Shown here: positions 36,925-38,057 of the stretch, in pieces | How the letters are laid out: the number at the start of each line of letters is the position of its first letter | How positions within the stretch are numbered: position 1 is the stretch's first letter | IMG/VR virus record: IMGVR_UViG_3300042566_001761 | Coordinates: 1-38,057 of that record | Direction: 5' to 3' (one strand) | Length of the DNA: 38,057 bases | Source of the DNA: a virus | Lineage: Duplodnaviria; Caudoviricetes | Notes under the pieces: generated by a model | What the model saw: the letters and a program-made list of their open reading frames with translations, nothing else | Databases searched by the model: none | What the model was told of the DNA's origin: nothing | Position numbers and translations under genes: made by a program

Positions 36925-37344
36925 TTAGATAGTGTAGATTTCGCTCTCTCCGGAATGGCTTAGGGAAATCGTTACAATCTTTTCGCCTTTTCCTATGTGC
37001 TTATAAATCTTCTTGTATTCTTTAGCGTAACCGTTCTTTGCAATTTGGGTAAAGTAGGCAAATGCATTATTGGATTTTTCTTCATTAAAGTTTCTCCAAT
37101 ATCTTAAAAGATCAAGTAGAGCAGATTGAATACAGTCTTCTCGATCTAGTGGATTTTGAAACTTTAATTTTTGAATAGCCCGATTAGCTAAAAGGATAAA
37201 ATAATCAATTGCCTTTGGAGAAAGTTCTCCCTTTGTGTGCTGATAACCTGTTTCTTCATTTAAGAGACCGTGTTTGCAGCGGATAATTTCATTTGTGAAG
37301 TCTTTATTATTAATATAGTACTTCGGGTCTTTAATTCTTGCCAT
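36925..37344 (-). CDS. gp55: T4 gp55-like sigma factor for late transcription (139 aa)
   Basis: YINNKDF, REDCIQSALLDLLRYWRNFNEEKSNNAFAYFTQIAKN match the gp55 motifs YVNNKE and FDxxKxxNxxAYxTQ. Confidence 0.85.
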   Translation of the reverse strand: MARIKDPKYYINNKDFTNEIIRCKHGLLNEETGYQHTKGELSPKAIDYFILLANRAIQKLKFQNPLDREDCIQSALLDLLRYWRNFNEEKSNNAFAYFTQIAKNGYAKEYKKIYKHIGKGEKIVTISLSHSGESEIYTI

Positions 37345-38006
37345 TAGTTTAGGGCCTGGTAAATTTTTAATACACTTAAATAAGAATCGACTAGGTCAGG
37401 AAATGGTGATTTAATTTCAGAAGCAGTGACTAGTTCTGTACTATATTTATTTAAGCATTGAGCTAGGGCAGAGTCTTTAGCTGCCTCAATTTTAGGGTCT
37501 TCTATAAATTGATTAAATACATCAAATTTATTAGCATTACCCTTTGCTCCTATTGCATTTTTTAATTCTGATGGAGAAAATATGAATAATCCTGCTAAGT
37601 TATTATCAAGTAATCTATCAGTAATAGTCTTTTTAAGAATTCCTGTAGTTTGAACAATATCAACAAGCGAATTACCCTTTGCTCCGTAAGCAAATCCTTC
37701 AATTCCAACAATAATGGGCTTTTGTGGAACTTTAGTTAGGACAGTGTCAATTAAGGTATTAACTAAAAGTAATTGATTTTGCAGTTTCTTTCTTTCAGTA
37801 TCTGAATAACTTAGTCCTTTATTGTTCTTTTCGCCTAAGTTAACAATATGAATATCTGGAAATTCTAAATTGATTCCTTCTAAGAAGTGAAGGTAAGATT
37901 TACTTAATTTAGTATTGGTGACTGCAACCCATTTAAACGTCTTGAAATCATGACTGATACAAGCCGCTGGGAAGTTAATAGAGAAGTCAAATCCTATAAT
38001 AGTCAC
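37344..38006 (-). CDS. RuvC-like Holliday junction resolvase (220 aa)
   Basis: RNase H-fold acidic motifs IIGFDFS, VGIEGFAYG, SPSELK...GNANK and DLVDSY; GTG start; stop overlaps the gp55 start. Confidence 0.8.
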   Translation of the reverse strand: MTIIGFDFSINFPAACISHDFKTFKWVAVTNTKLSKSYLHFLEGINLEFPDIHIVNLGEKNNKGLSYSDTERKKLQNQLLLVNTLIDTVLTKVPQKPIIVGIEGFAYGAKGNSLVDIVQTTGILKKTITDRLLDNNLAGLFIFSPSELKNAIGAKGNANKFDVFNQFIEDPKIEAAKDSALAQCLNKYSTELVTASEIKSPFPDLVDSYLSVLKIYQALN

Positions 38007-38057
38007 GCATAGTTAAGTAATTTGTAATACTTTACTGAAAAATTTATAAAAGGTTTC

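Noticed and set aside
37344-38006. RuvC domain as TnpB/Cas12-like effector
   Set aside because: Only 220 aa, no zinc finger or RNA-binding lobe, no adjacent non-coding RNA space or array.
38007-38057. Promoter upstream of the resolvase (TATAAATT on the minus strand)
   Set aside because: Imperfect box in very AT-rich DNA at the window edge; cannot be distinguished from chance.
1-38057. Stop-codon reassignment
   Set aside because: Genes tile the window fully under the standard code with no TAG/TGA-interrupted frames.

Overview
AT-rich segment of a large T4-like (myovirus-type, probably jumbo) phage genome, almost entirely a late virion-structure module on the minus strand. In transcription order: RuvC-like resolvase, gp55-like late sigma factor, a baseplate-wedge-like protein, a 921-aa mosaic adhesin (TSP1/spondin-like + FN3 + Ig-like + choice-of-anchor-D-like), a run of large structural proteins (274, 340, 709, 1232, 2039, 542 with collagen triplets, 348 aa), one lone plus-strand gene, a gp14-like neck protein with added domains, an amidoligase-fold protein that appears to have lost its catalytic residues, several fibre/decoration proteins, and a >1686-aa mosaic tail fibre (1..5058) that the ORF track misses because it runs off the window. 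An ATAAATA late-promoter box precedes eight genes; three copies carry a palindromic CCAR-N2-3-YTGGC element just upstream. Absence of Shine-Dalgarno motifs and the domain repertoire suggest a Bacteroidota host (inference). No tRNA, rRNA, CRISPR array, integrase or transposase was seen. All family calls come from motif recognition by eye, not database searches.
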